A stretch of DNA of 63,805 nt, the filler included, from Octopus bimaculoides (lineage: Eukaryota): the NCBI RefSeq assembly GCF_001194135.2. It is 6 parts of 4 records of this genome, joined end to end, with 100 filler letters (N's around TTAATTAATTAA, not from the genome) between each part and the next. Parts side by side here need not be neighbours in the genome. Positions count along the whole stretch, not along the records: positions 1 to 26,651 come from NC_068999.1; 5 more parts are not named here. The stretch is one strand, 5' to 3'. Shown piece after piece: positions 12,676-24,088 of this stretch. The position numbers were made by a program, and so were the translations under genes. Below the pieces are notes generated by a model. It saw nothing but the letters and a program-made list of their open reading frames with translations, was not told where the DNA came from and made no database searches. The stretch's first letter is position 1. The number at the start of each line of letters is the position of its first letter.

Positions 12676-12833
12676 TAGCTTAAACTGTTGAAAATATGGT
12701 TTTTCTGTTGAAAAACTGTTGAAGATATGGCTTTTCTATGGAATCTGTGACCAACTCAGGGACTGGAATTCTACTACAAGAATTGGTGTGATATTCAGGA
12801 TCTACTGAGGAACTTCTTTTCTGCTCGTGGAAT
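12676..12833 (-). other. Candidate exon, unassigned
   Basis: Acceptor ATATCTTGTTTCTTGTAG and donor TA|GTGAGT. The single open frame FHEQKRSSSVDPEYHTNSCSRIPVPELVTDSIEKPYLQQFFNRKTIFSTV* stops 4 nt before the donor. Confidence 0.3.
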
Positions 12834-13016
12834 CTACAAGAAACAAGATATCTTTTGAAAAACACAAAATCTATATTATTCTTTAATATAATACAGCAAT
12901 CCTTCGACTGTCCCAGATGTTACGTTCCCAAAAAACCCCGCGATCGGTGAAACTCCGCGATGTAGAAACACTATTGTACTATATTTTTTAAAATTATTTT
13001 ATTAATTTGTATATAT

Positions 13017-13494
13017 TAGGCGCAGGAGTGGATTATAGGCGCAGGAGTGTCTGAGTGGTAAGTAGCTTGCTTACCAACCACATGGTTACGGGTTCAGTCC
13101 CACTGCGTGGCATCTTGGGCAAGTGTCTTCTACTATAGCCTCGGGCCGACCAAAGCCTTGTGAGTGAATTTGGTAGACGGAAACTGAAAAACGCTCGTCG
13201 TATATATGTATATATATGTGTGTGCGTGTGTGTGTGTGTATGTGTGTATGTGTGTACGTGTGTGTTTGTGTATGTGTGTGTGTGTGTGTTTGTGTGTTTG
13301 TGTGTCTGTGTTTGTCCTGCTAGCATTGCTTGACAACCGATGCTGGTGTGTTTATGTCCCCGTCACTTAGCGGTTCGGCAAAAGGGACCAATAGAATAAG
13401 TACTAGGCTTACAAAGAATAAGTCCTGGGGGTCGATTTGCTCGGCTAAAGGTGGTGCTCCAGCATGGCCGCAGTCAAATGACTGAAACAAGTAA
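13017..13494 (+). mobile_element. SINE family A, full-length, with a tandem duplication of the 5' start
   Basis: Near-consensus copy; TAGGCGCAGGAGTG occurs twice, at 13017 and 13036. Confidence 0.92.
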
Positions 13495-14266
13495 GGGCAT
13501 ACATACATATATATACATACATACATACATATATATATACATATATATNNNNNNNNNNNNNNNNNNNNNNNNNNNNNNNNNNNNNNNNNNNNNNNNNNNN
13601 NNNNNNNNNNNNNNNNNNNNNNNNNNNNNNNNNNNNNNNNNNNNNNNNNNNNNNNNNNNNNNNNNNNNNNNNNNNNNNNNNNNNNNNNNNNNNNNNNNNN
13701 NNNNNNNNNNNNNNNNNNNNNNNNNNNNNNNNNNNNNNNNNNNNNNNNNNNNNNNNNNNNNNNNNNNNNNNNNNNNNNNNNNNNNNNNNNNNNNNNNNNN
13801 NNNNNNNNNNNNNNNNNNNNNNNNNNNNNNNNNNNNNNNNNNNNNNNNNNNNNNNNNNNNNNNNNNNNNNNNNNNNNNNNNNNNNNNNNNNNNNNNNNNN
13901 NNNNNNNNNNNNNNNNNNNNNNNNNNNNNNNNNNNNNNNNNNNNNNNNNNNNNNNNNNNNNNNNNNNNNNNNNNNNNNNNNNNNNNNNNNNNNNNNNNNN
14001 NNNNNNNNNNNNNNNNNNNNNNNNNNNNNNNNNNNNNNNNNNNNNNNNNNNNNNNNNNNNNNNNNNNNNNNNNNNNNNNNNNNNNNNNNNNNNNNNNNNN
14101 NNNNNNNNNCTGGCGATACTTTATTAGGATCTAAATTCGTTCGCAGGTTCAAATCTCGCGGATGTCGACTGCGCCTTTCACACTCCCGGGGATATTTTTA
14201 AAAAATAAAAAGATCCCCAAAACCAACGAAATTGTTTCGAAATTTGAACTTAAAAATTTGAAGTTA

Positions 14267-14305
<39 letters not shown>

Positions 14306-14376
14306 AAGAAAGTTACGGTTTGTGAATCCAACACACTAAGTGATAATATCTATCCAATATATTTTACTATTAATTT

Positions 14377-15059
14377 ATATAGCAATAAGAAACTGAAGGG
14401 GAATAGGTGGTAGTCATCAACTTGCATTCATTGTATTGTGTCAATTTACCTGTTTATTTGTTTAATAAAAGGACAATAATAAGTATATACGAACACATTC
14501 GATATATTATGTCATATCAGTAATAAAAAAAGACATCTAGGGGCAGAAAATGGGATAATGACTTATAGCTGTTTCAGTCTAGTGGTGACATGCCTCATTC
14601 TGTCTATATAATTCCAGTAGGCTGAATTAATTAGTAGATCAAATAGATGAAATAGAAGTACATGTATGATACTATAAGCCTCTCCAGACATTTTATAAAG
14701 TTCATAAGGTTGATTTAAAATATCCAAAAGATAAAAATATAAAAACTTTATAAAACCTCTGAAGAGGCCTAGAGAATCATCCATGTATCTCTATTTCATC
14801 TATGAATTACTTCAGCCTACTGGAGTTATATAGATAGAATGAGGCATGTCACAACTACACTGAAACAGCTGTAAGTCATCCCATTTTCTGTCACATCGAT
14901 GTCCTTTTTTAATTACTGATATGACATAATTTGTCGCATGTGTTTGTATATTGTTATTATTGTCCTTTTAGTAAACAAATAAACAGGTAAATTGACACAA
15001 TACAATGTCTGCAAGTTGATGAATACCACCTATTCCCCACCATTTTCTTATTCCTATAT
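14377..15059. repeat. 683-bp foldback palindrome (arms 14377-14702 and 14744-15059, 41-bp spacer); probable MITE or foldback element
   Basis: The reverse complement of the right arm aligns end to end with the left arm, at roughly 85% identity by eye. Both ends are embedded in TA-rich sequence. Confidence 0.92.
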
Positions 15060-15560
15060 TTATATATATGGACACTTATTTTATTTTATTTTATATTTGT
15101 CCAGTAGGCCTTTGATAGTTTTGAAGTTTTAGTCATATGTAACTTTTGATGAACCGTTCTATTTGTATTTTATTACGAAATATATATTTTTATGTTCTGT
15201 AATTTTATGTATATGTATTATTATTTTATGTGTTTGTAGACTATGGTATTCTTTTTATATATGATTAAATGTTAGAGGGGTGGTGTTTTGTGTAAAGTCG
15301 TTGACCCATATTTCATGTTTGTTCTATAACTTTTGTTCTATATAGACTTCTTTATCTTCGTCTCATTTATATTTGAGCACTTCTTTTGCCGTCCTAGAAA
15401 CCCTTTTGTTTCTATAAGAGACAAATATTAGTCTTGTTGTATATATATATATGTATGTATGTATAAGAGTCAACGATCGAGGTGTAGGAAGAATGCTAGC
15501 TTCAAGTACACTATAGTAAATATTAAACAACTTTTAATAGTGATTTATTGAGAGGGAAGG

Positions 15561-15595
<35 letters not shown>

Positions 15596-15659
15596 ATTTC
15601 ACGGTAGGCAATCAGGGTTACCGAGCATGCGAACGAGAATACAAGAGTTAAAGAATGGA

Positions 15660-15845
15660 GCAGATATGATCCGTTCTGTTAATTATTATTTCATTCAACA
15701 TATTTCCCTCTAAGATTCACACACATATTGCAGCCGTCCTTCATTTTTTCTAAACCCTGTAAATGGACTCGGAAGCTGGGCTTCCAACCGGGCCTTTCGC
15801 GATTCCCTTAAACTCTTAAAGGAACTTTTCGGCACCCTTTTGTAT
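15660..15845 (-). mobile_element. mariner-derived non-autonomous fragment (transposase C-terminus plus TIR-like end)
   Basis: Minus strand encodes GLEKMKDGCNMCVNLRGKYVE*, the mariner C-terminal G..KL..R..KC....G.YVE pattern. It is preceded by a TIR-like AGGGTGCCGAAAAGTTCC. Confidence 0.65.
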
Positions 15846-16171
15846 ATTTCCGGTCACTACACTCATTAAACCAGGCAACATTTTCTAAGCTTTGCTTGGC
15901 TGAACCTACTTGTCTACATGTTCGTTCAACTACGCCGCAGAACACAAATCTGTTCGATAATTCATTAGTCACGCTTGGCTTTAATTAGCCGTACCATTAG
16001 TACTAGATAACTTTCAACCGTTATCACGTGATATACCAAGAAAATGTGCTAATTAAAACACTGCACGGTATTGATATTTTGTGCGTTTTCATGGTTATAA
16101 CTCATAGCCATTGGTAGATTAGTTAAACACACACACACACACACATACACACACACACGCACACACGCACT

Positions 16172-16276
<105 letters not shown>

Positions 16277-16404
16277 TTATAAACACACACACAAACATAT
16301 ATATATATACATACACATACGTACACTCATATACATATATACATACACACGCACAGGTACACAGACGCCTATATATGCATACATACTTGCAACATACATA
16401 GATA

Positions 16405-16610
16405 TGCGCATGTCTAGACATGTAACTATATGCATGGGAATCCATATATAAAACGAAGCATACAAATCTGCACGTGCACATGCTGCACATATACACACAT
16501 ACATGCAAATATACGGTGTTGATGTTGTTGAAATTCCAATGAAGGCCCTTCGATCTATGTCGGAAACCGGCTCTTCATTGGGGAGAAATCTTGAAACAAA
16601 ACTTAATAAT

Positions 16611-16615
<5 letters not shown>
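16405..16615 (+). mobile_element. 3' UTR-only copy of the same R4/Dong-type element as 4424-4835
   Basis: Colinear similarity to the reverse complement of 4424-4635 (GCATxTCTAGAxATGxAACTATATGCATG ... GAAACCGGCTC ... CTTGAAACAAAACT.AATAATGACAT), followed by (AT)n. Confidence 0.75.
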
Positions 16616-16669
<54 letters not shown>

Positions 16670-16670
16670 T

Positions 16671-17095
16671 CTTTATTCCTTTACTTGTTTCAGTCATTTA
16701 AACGTGGTCATGCTGGAGCACAGCCTTTAGTCGAACACATCAACCCCTAAGACTTGTTCTTTGTAAGCTTTGTACTTATTCTATCGGTCACTAAATTACG
16801 AGGACGTAAACTCGCCAACATCGGTTGTCAAGCGATAGAGGGGACAAATACAGACACACAAATACAGACACACAAATACATACAGATATATGTGTACATA
16901 TATATAAATATATATATATATGTATGTATGTATATACACATATATAGGGCGGGCTTCTTTCAGTTTCCTTCTACCAAATCCACTCACACTGTTTTGGTCG
17001 GCCCGGGGATATAATAGCAGACACTTGCCCAAGGTGCCACGCAGTGGGACGGAATCCGTAACCATGTGGTTGGGAAGCAAGCTTCTTACCACACA
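16671..17095 (-). mobile_element. SINE family A, near full-length
   Basis: Reverse complement of the family A head, internal microsatellite and tail. Confidence 0.88.
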
Positions 17096-17744
17096 TACAT
17101 ATATTACATATACATACATACACACTTAAATTCATATGTATATATCTCCATGTGTGATAGTGTGTGAATGTGTGCTTGTGTGTGTGTTGGTTTGTTTGTA
17201 TGTGCTTAACCTTGCCTGTCTATAAGTAATCCTTGCATATATATTTTAGAACAGTCGTAGTGAATAATTCCAAGTGAAGTAGTATTGGTTTTGTAAATGA
17301 AATGACGTTTTTACAGGAAAAGAAGGAAGTTACACCAGATCAACGTATTCTTTTATGATTGCAGTCTCTGTTTATCAACATCAGGAACTATATAGTACTC
17401 CCAAAACTTCTTAGGTATTGAGAGAGAACATAAATTAAATGTAAAATAACAATGAAATTGGCCGAGATATTCTTTGGGATGCTTACACTGAAAATTCTTC
17501 GTATACGGAAAAGAATCTTGCATCTTGTAAGGAAGCCTGTTCCAGGTTTTGTAACACACGAAGTTGTCAAAGAGATAGAACATAGATTTGTAACGACATA
17601 ATGAGTTATCTACATTCATGTAATAATTTTGCTAAGCTATGAATAGCGCAATTTCATGATCGAAATAAGCTGATAAGAAAAATAAAATAAATTTTAAACA
17701 CATTTTGTTCAATATGGTTAATATATTTTAAGTATAATTATATA

Positions 17745-17879
17745 CAGACGCAAACGTAGTTGTGTGGTAATAAGCTCGTTCCCAAACCACATGTTGCAGG
17801 TTCAGTCTCACTGCATGGCTCATTACACTTATGAGTGGATTTCATAGACAGAAACTGAAGAATCCCGTAGTATGTATGT
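17745..17879 (+). mobile_element. SINE family A, 5' half, abutting the R4 element in its internal (TATG)n
   Basis: GTGTGGTAA...GGTTCAGTCTCACTGC...GAAACTGAAGAATCCCGTAG TATGTATG. Confidence 0.7.
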
Positions 17880-18420
17880 ATGTCTCTTGAATGTTTTAAC
17901 CATATAAATCTTCCACTAACGAGGCAGCCGGTTTCCAACAAAGATACAAGACTCCATCTTTGGGATGTAGTTAATAGAAACAAACTGACATTGTGAAAGT
18001 GAGAAAATACTTGCACATTTTTACTGTTCCACTCACAGATTGCACTTTTAATGTACAAATTAGCCGGTCAATTTCTCTTTCTGAAAATCCCAGTTCATCC
18101 AGAGTCTCCTTTAAGCATTTACTAACAAAACCTAGAGCTTCCATTATTATTGTTATGAATAATAATAATCTAGCTATAGAATCTGGAGGTTTCGAAGCTG
18201 TTGTCCATAGATATCCTCTTTTTCTTTGATTTCCAAAGAGAAATTTCCATCTTCAAGGCAGCTGACCTCTATGATAGTACATACCCTTGTCCCCTTGTCT
18301 CAAACAACAATATCCGGCCTCTTGTGTTTACATTTGACAGAAGTTCTCATAGGAATATTCCACCAATATTCCTTGAATTGGTGTTTCTGAATGCAATCCA
18401 TAACCAAGGGATTTTCTAAG
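17880..18420 (-). mobile_element. R4/Dong-clade retrotransposon 3' end (RLE endonuclease domain)
   Basis: Minus strand gives EYWWNIPMRTSVKCKHKRPDIVV*DKGTRVCTIIEVSC...KEKEDIYGQQLRNLQIL...ALGFVSKCLKETLDELGFSEREIDRLICTLKVQSVSGTVKMCK. This contains the PD-(D/E)xK-type RLE motif. The element ends in GACAT plus (ACAT)n. Confidence 0.88.
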
Positions 18421-18908
18421 TTAATTGTTTATGTATGTATGTATTTGGATTACGAATCAAAAGTAACAATAATAATTTAAACACTATCAGTCGAACATGA
18501 ACGCTACGCGTTTTTTGAATTCGTAGTTTTTGCTATCCGTACCTATCCGTACGTTTGTATATGTGTGTGTTTGTGTATATATGAGTGTGTTTGTATGTGG
18601 GTGTGTGTGTCTGTGTGCAAGCGTGTGTGTGTGTGTGTATTAATGTGTGTGTCTAAGCGTGAGTAAGGATACAGTATATGCAAAAACGCACTTATATGCA
18701 AGCATGAACCCTCGCAAACGTGCATCGATTAGATTTCCTATCATTTTTATAAGAATTACAGAGAAACTTGCGCAATCTTGAAGCAAATGCATGTATTACA
18801 CATACGACCAAAAACGCACACTCAATACAAATCAACATCTATATATACATACATATTCATACATATAGACATACATAAATACATAAATACATACATGCAT
18901 ACATGTAG

Positions 18909-18941
<33 letters not shown>

Positions 18942-20575
18942 TATANNNNNNNNNNNNNNNNNNNNNNNNNNNNNNNNNNNNNNNNNNNNNNNNNNNNNNN
19001 NNNNNNNNNNNNNNNNNNNNNNNNNNNNNNNNNNNNNNNNNNNNNNNNNNNNNNNNNNNNNNNNNNNNNNNNNNNNNNNNNNNNNNNNNNNNNNNNNNNN
19101 NNNNNNNNNNNNNNNNNNNNNNNNNNNNNNNNNNNNNNNNNNNNNNNNNNNNNNNNNNNNNNNNNNNNNNNNNNNNNNNNNNNNNNNNNNNNNNNNNNNN
19201 NNNNNNNNNNNNNNNNNNNNNNNNNNNNNNNNNNNNNNNNNNNNNNNNNNNNNNNNNNNNNNNNNNNNNNNNNNNNNNNNNNNNNNNNNNNNNNNNNNNN
19301 NNNNNNNNNNNNNNNNNNNNNNNNNNNNNNNNNNNNNNNNNNNNNNNNNNNNNNNNNNNNNNNNNNNNNNNNNNNNNNNNNNNNNNNNNNNNNNNNNNNN
19401 NNNNNNNNNNNNNNNNNNNNNNNNNNNNNNNNNNNNNNNNNNNNNNNNNNNNNNNNNNNNNNNNNNNNNNNNNNNNNNNNNNNNNNNNNNNNNNNNNNNN
19501 NNNNNNNNNNNNNNNNNNNNNNNNNNNNNNNNNNNNNNNNNNNNNNNNNNNNNNNNNNNNNNNNNNNNNNNNNNNNNNNNNNNNNNNNNNNNNNNNNNNN
19601 NNNNNNNNNNNNNNNNNNNNNNNNNNNNNNNNNNNNNNNNNNNNNNNNNNNNNNNNNNNNNNNNNNNNNNNNNNNNNNNNNNNNNNNNNNNNNNNNNNNN
19701 NNNNNNNNNNNNNNNNNNNNNNNNNNNNNNNNNNNNNNNNNNNNNNNNNNNNNNNNNNNNNNNTATATACATATATATATATATATACACACATGTATTC
19801 TTATATATATCTACGTATAGTTTCTAGAAAACCCACAGATCAGAAGAAATGTTTGCAACAAATATTCATTGTGTTTTTATTGCCAGTTTCAAAGATTTCT
19901 AGTAACTAGTGCATGTGTGCATGGAACCTGATATATTAGTGGGTTGGCATGGGGCGTCGGCGGAGGAGGTGGCGTCGGCGGCGGCAGTGGCGGCGGAGGC
20001 TATGGCGGTAGCGGCGGTCGGCAGAAAGAAGATCAAAGTATTGGTGGTGTGTTGTTGACACTGATGTGGCCGGGTGGATTTGTTTGAAAATGTTCACTCA
20101 GCGTAAGTAATGGTCAATTCGGACTGAAACATGAAAGGGAGATTAAAATATACAACAATCGCATAAAAATAAATCGACAACGAGTTATGTATGCGTGGAT
20201 ATATGTGTGTATGTGAGTGTGTGTGTGTGAGTGTGTGTGTGTGTGTGTGTGTATGTGTGTGTGTATACATATATATTTATATATGTGTATGTGAGTGCCT
20301 GTGTGCATATAGGTATATATACATATACATTTATATATAAAATGTACATATCTATGTTTATTGTGTGCGTAGGTGCCTGGATGTATTATATATATGTGTA
20401 GAAACGTATACTTACATCTATACATGTATGTATGTATGTATGTATTAATCTATCTATCTATCTACCTATCTATCTATCTATCTGTGTGTCTAACTATCCA
20501 TCTATATATATAATATATATATATGAATGTATGCATGTATGTACGTGTGTATATGTATGTATGTATGTGTGTGTA

Positions 20576-20611
<36 letters not shown>

Positions 20612-21110
20612 TATATATGTGCATATATATACATTTGTATGAATATATATATTTTTTTTATATATATGTGTGTACATATATATGTATGTATGTATATATA
20701 TATATATACCTACATGCATACTTCATAAATTCATACACACACACACACACATATATACACATACGTAGAGAGAAACCTATATACAAATACGTGAGAGAAA
20801 TACGTGTCGGCGTAAGGAAGGCAGACAAGTATATACACGCATGTATGCATGTATGCATGTATGTATGTATATATATCTATATTTTTATATCAGTTCACAT
20901 ACGCGCACACATAGAAGCACTCGCACGTATAGATAAGACGAGGGAAAGAGTTTAACAATGTTAACTGGATACCTTGGTAAATAGACCGCCAAGTACCTTC
21001 GTGGAAAGAAAGTGTTTATTTGTAAACATAAATATGCGAGCTTAAAATATGCATATGCAAGGGCGTATGTGTACAGACATACATATATATATGTCTATGC
21101 TCACACTCAT

Positions 21111-21141
<31 letters not shown>

Positions 21142-21216
21142 CATACATATATATACAGATATATATATATACATATATATACGCATACATATATTCATAC
21201 ATATACATATACATAA

Positions 21217-21251
<35 letters not shown>

Positions 21252-21574
21252 TATATATATATATATATTGATGATCACAACGTATAGATTTGAAACTTTG
21301 TTAAAATCTGTCGGTCTACTTCATTGCACATTATCGATTTCTTGTATATATATATGCCTGTCTGTCTGTCTATGTCTTTTGTGTCTTTCTCCATTTATAT
21401 ATATATATATACATATATATGTGTATGTGTGTGTGTGTGTGTGTGTGCGCGCGCGCGCGTATATTCGAATCAATACGTACAGTCTGTTGTCTCTTATACA
21501 TCTTGGTAGCAAATCTATATATGCGTGTATGTGAGTGCGCGTGTGTACATACATCTATCCATAGACACACAAAT

Positions 21575-21613
<39 letters not shown>

Positions 21614-21710
21614 AACATACATGTTTACATATATACATATGTATATATGCATACACACACAAATGTATGTGTACATATATACACAGACATGCAGGAAGTA
21701 AATACACACA

Positions 21711-22928
21711 TTTAATTTTCAAAATTTCTGATCTAATCGTTTTAATATGTTTTCAGCAGTGTAGAATTTTCAATGTAATTATTCTTTTTCATTCCAGGTG
21801 CCATTATATTAAATATTTGCGAAGAGTAACCATGCCACGCACAAAAAATTCAGCTGAACTGTCAGATTTTCAAAGAGGTCGTATTGTTGGGCAATCTGAG
21901 GCTGGTTTTAGCCAGCGAAAAAGTGCCTAAAATCTTCAAATTCCTCTTGCTACTGTTAATAGAATTATAGTGCAATTCAAAACTCAAAGAAAAGAGTCAA
22001 CAGATTCTCGTCCCGGCCGACCTGGGTCTTTGGAAAGGAAGCTTCGCTGTTTGAAGAGAATTGTGGAGAACGAACCCCGTTCGAAGGCTTCTGACATTGC
22101 AAAACAGCTAGAAGTTAATCCAAGCACGTGTGTTACATATCTGCATAAGCTTGGGTGTCATGGACGAGCAGCTAGAAGAAAGCCTCTCCTTCAACTAATT
22201 AATATCATGAAAAAAAGAAATAGGCTAAGGAGATGTCAGAAAAATCTAGTTCATTTTGGGATAGAGGGATTTTCTCAGATGAATCCAGATTTGCATTATT
22301 TTCAGACAGTGGACGTGTTTGGGTCTGGAGGCTTCTCAATCATGAATTTGATTTGATATGATTCCAACCAACTGTGAAACATGGTGGTATCTCTGTAATC
22401 GTATGGGGAGCTGTCACCAACAATGGTCGTTCTGAGCTGATCGAATGTATTGGAACCACAAACTCTGAGAAACACATCGAAAATTTGAAGCAAGGATTAC
22501 TTCGGATATATTCACACGATAACATAACGAAAAAAGAGTTTTTATTCATTGAAGATGGGACTCCATGCCACAGAGCGAAAAGGAATCAACAATGGTTGAC
22601 TGTAAATGGCATCAAAATGCTTCCTTGGTCGAGCCAATCTCCTGACATGAACCCAATTGAAAATCTTTGGAGGATACTATCTAGAGCTATACGAAAAACT
22701 TGACAGAAGCATAAATCTAAAGATGAACTCTTTCGATTGTTGCGTGAAAAGTGGGCAGAAATTCCACAAGAGACAATCGCAAAGCTTATCAGTTCAATGC
22801 CAATATGAGTTTCTGTATTAAAAACTGCAAAGTAAATGTCAACTAAATACTAAAGTATGTAGTTCTACCTATCCATTACATTTCAATTTTTCGCTTTGCG
22901 TATTAAATAACAGATTTTGAAAATTAAA
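21711..22928 (+). mobile_element. Tc1-family DNA transposon, degenerate (transposase pseudogene 21832-22853)
   Basis: Translation across stops and frameshifts gives MPRTKNSAELSDFQRGRIVG..., GRAARRKPLL, FSDES (D at 22278), TVKHGG.SV.VWG, FIEDG (D at 22554), QSPDMNPIENLW (E at 22659), a D-D34-E triad. A 15-bp inverted match TTTAATTTTCAAAAT lies at 21711-21725 and 22914-22928; the right end runs into a gap. Confidence 0.93.
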
Positions 22929-23589
22929 GNNNNNNNNNNNNNNNNNNNNNNNNNNNNNNNNNNNNNNNNNNNNNNNNNNNNNNNNNNNNNNNNNNNNNNN
23001 NNNNNNNNNNNNNNNNNNNNNNNNNNNNNNNNNNNNNNNNNNNNNNNNNNNNNNNNNNNNNNNNNNNNNNNNNNNNNNNNNNNNNNNNNNNNNNNNNNNN
23101 NNNNNNNNNNNNNNNNNNNNNNNNNNNNNNNNNNNNNNNNNNNNNNNNNNNNNNNNNNNNNNNNNNNNNNNNNNNNNNNNNNNNNNNNNNNNNNNNNNNN
23201 NNNNNNNNNNNNNNNNNNNNNNNNNNNNNNNNNNNNNNNNNNNNNNNNNNNNNNNNNNNNNNNNNNNNNNNNNNNNNNNNNNNNNNNNNNNNNNNNNNNN
23301 NNNNNNNNNNNNNNNNNNNNNNNNNNNNNNNNNNNNNNNNNNNNNNNNNNNNNNNNNNNNNNNNNNNNNNNNNNNNNNNNNNNNNNNNNNNNNNNNNNNN
23401 NNNNNNNNNNNNNNNNNNNNNNNNNNNNNNNNNNNNNNNNNNNNNNNNNNNNNNNNNNNNNNNNNNNNNNNNNNNNNNNNNNNNNNNNNNNNNNNNNNNN
23501 NNNNNNNNNNNNNNNNNNATAAAATTTGTTGAAAAAAAGCCGCAATAATTATGCAGCGACCCATTAGTAGTAATTTGTTTATTCATTCA

Positions 23590-23850
23590 TTTTTTTTTTT
23601 ACTTGCTTCAGTCTTTTGGACTGCGACCATGCTGGAGCACCGCCTTCAGTTGTTTTTTATCCGAACAAATCGATATGGCAACTTATTTTTCGTAAGCCTG
23701 GTACTTTATTCTATCGCCTTGTTTTGCCGAATCGCTAAGCTACGGAGACATAAACACACCAAGACCGGTTATCAAGAGGTGATGGAGTGGGGAGACAAAC
23801 ACAGACACGATGCTAAGGATACAGATACACACACACACACACACAAACAC

Positions 23851-23923
<73 letters not shown>

Positions 23924-24088
23924 AGACGGTCTTCTTTCAGTTCAGTCTACAAAAATACAATCACAAGGCGTTGGCTGGCCCGAGGCTTCAGCTGAAGAGA
24001 CTTACCCAAGGTACCACGCACTCGGACTGAACCCGGAACCTTGTGGTTGAGAAGCAAACTTTTTACCACACAGTAAAGCCTACGCCTA
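23590..24088 (-). mobile_element. SINE family A, full-length
   Basis: Reverse complement of the family A consensus with an expanded internal (CA)(TA)(TG) tract. Confidence 0.88.
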
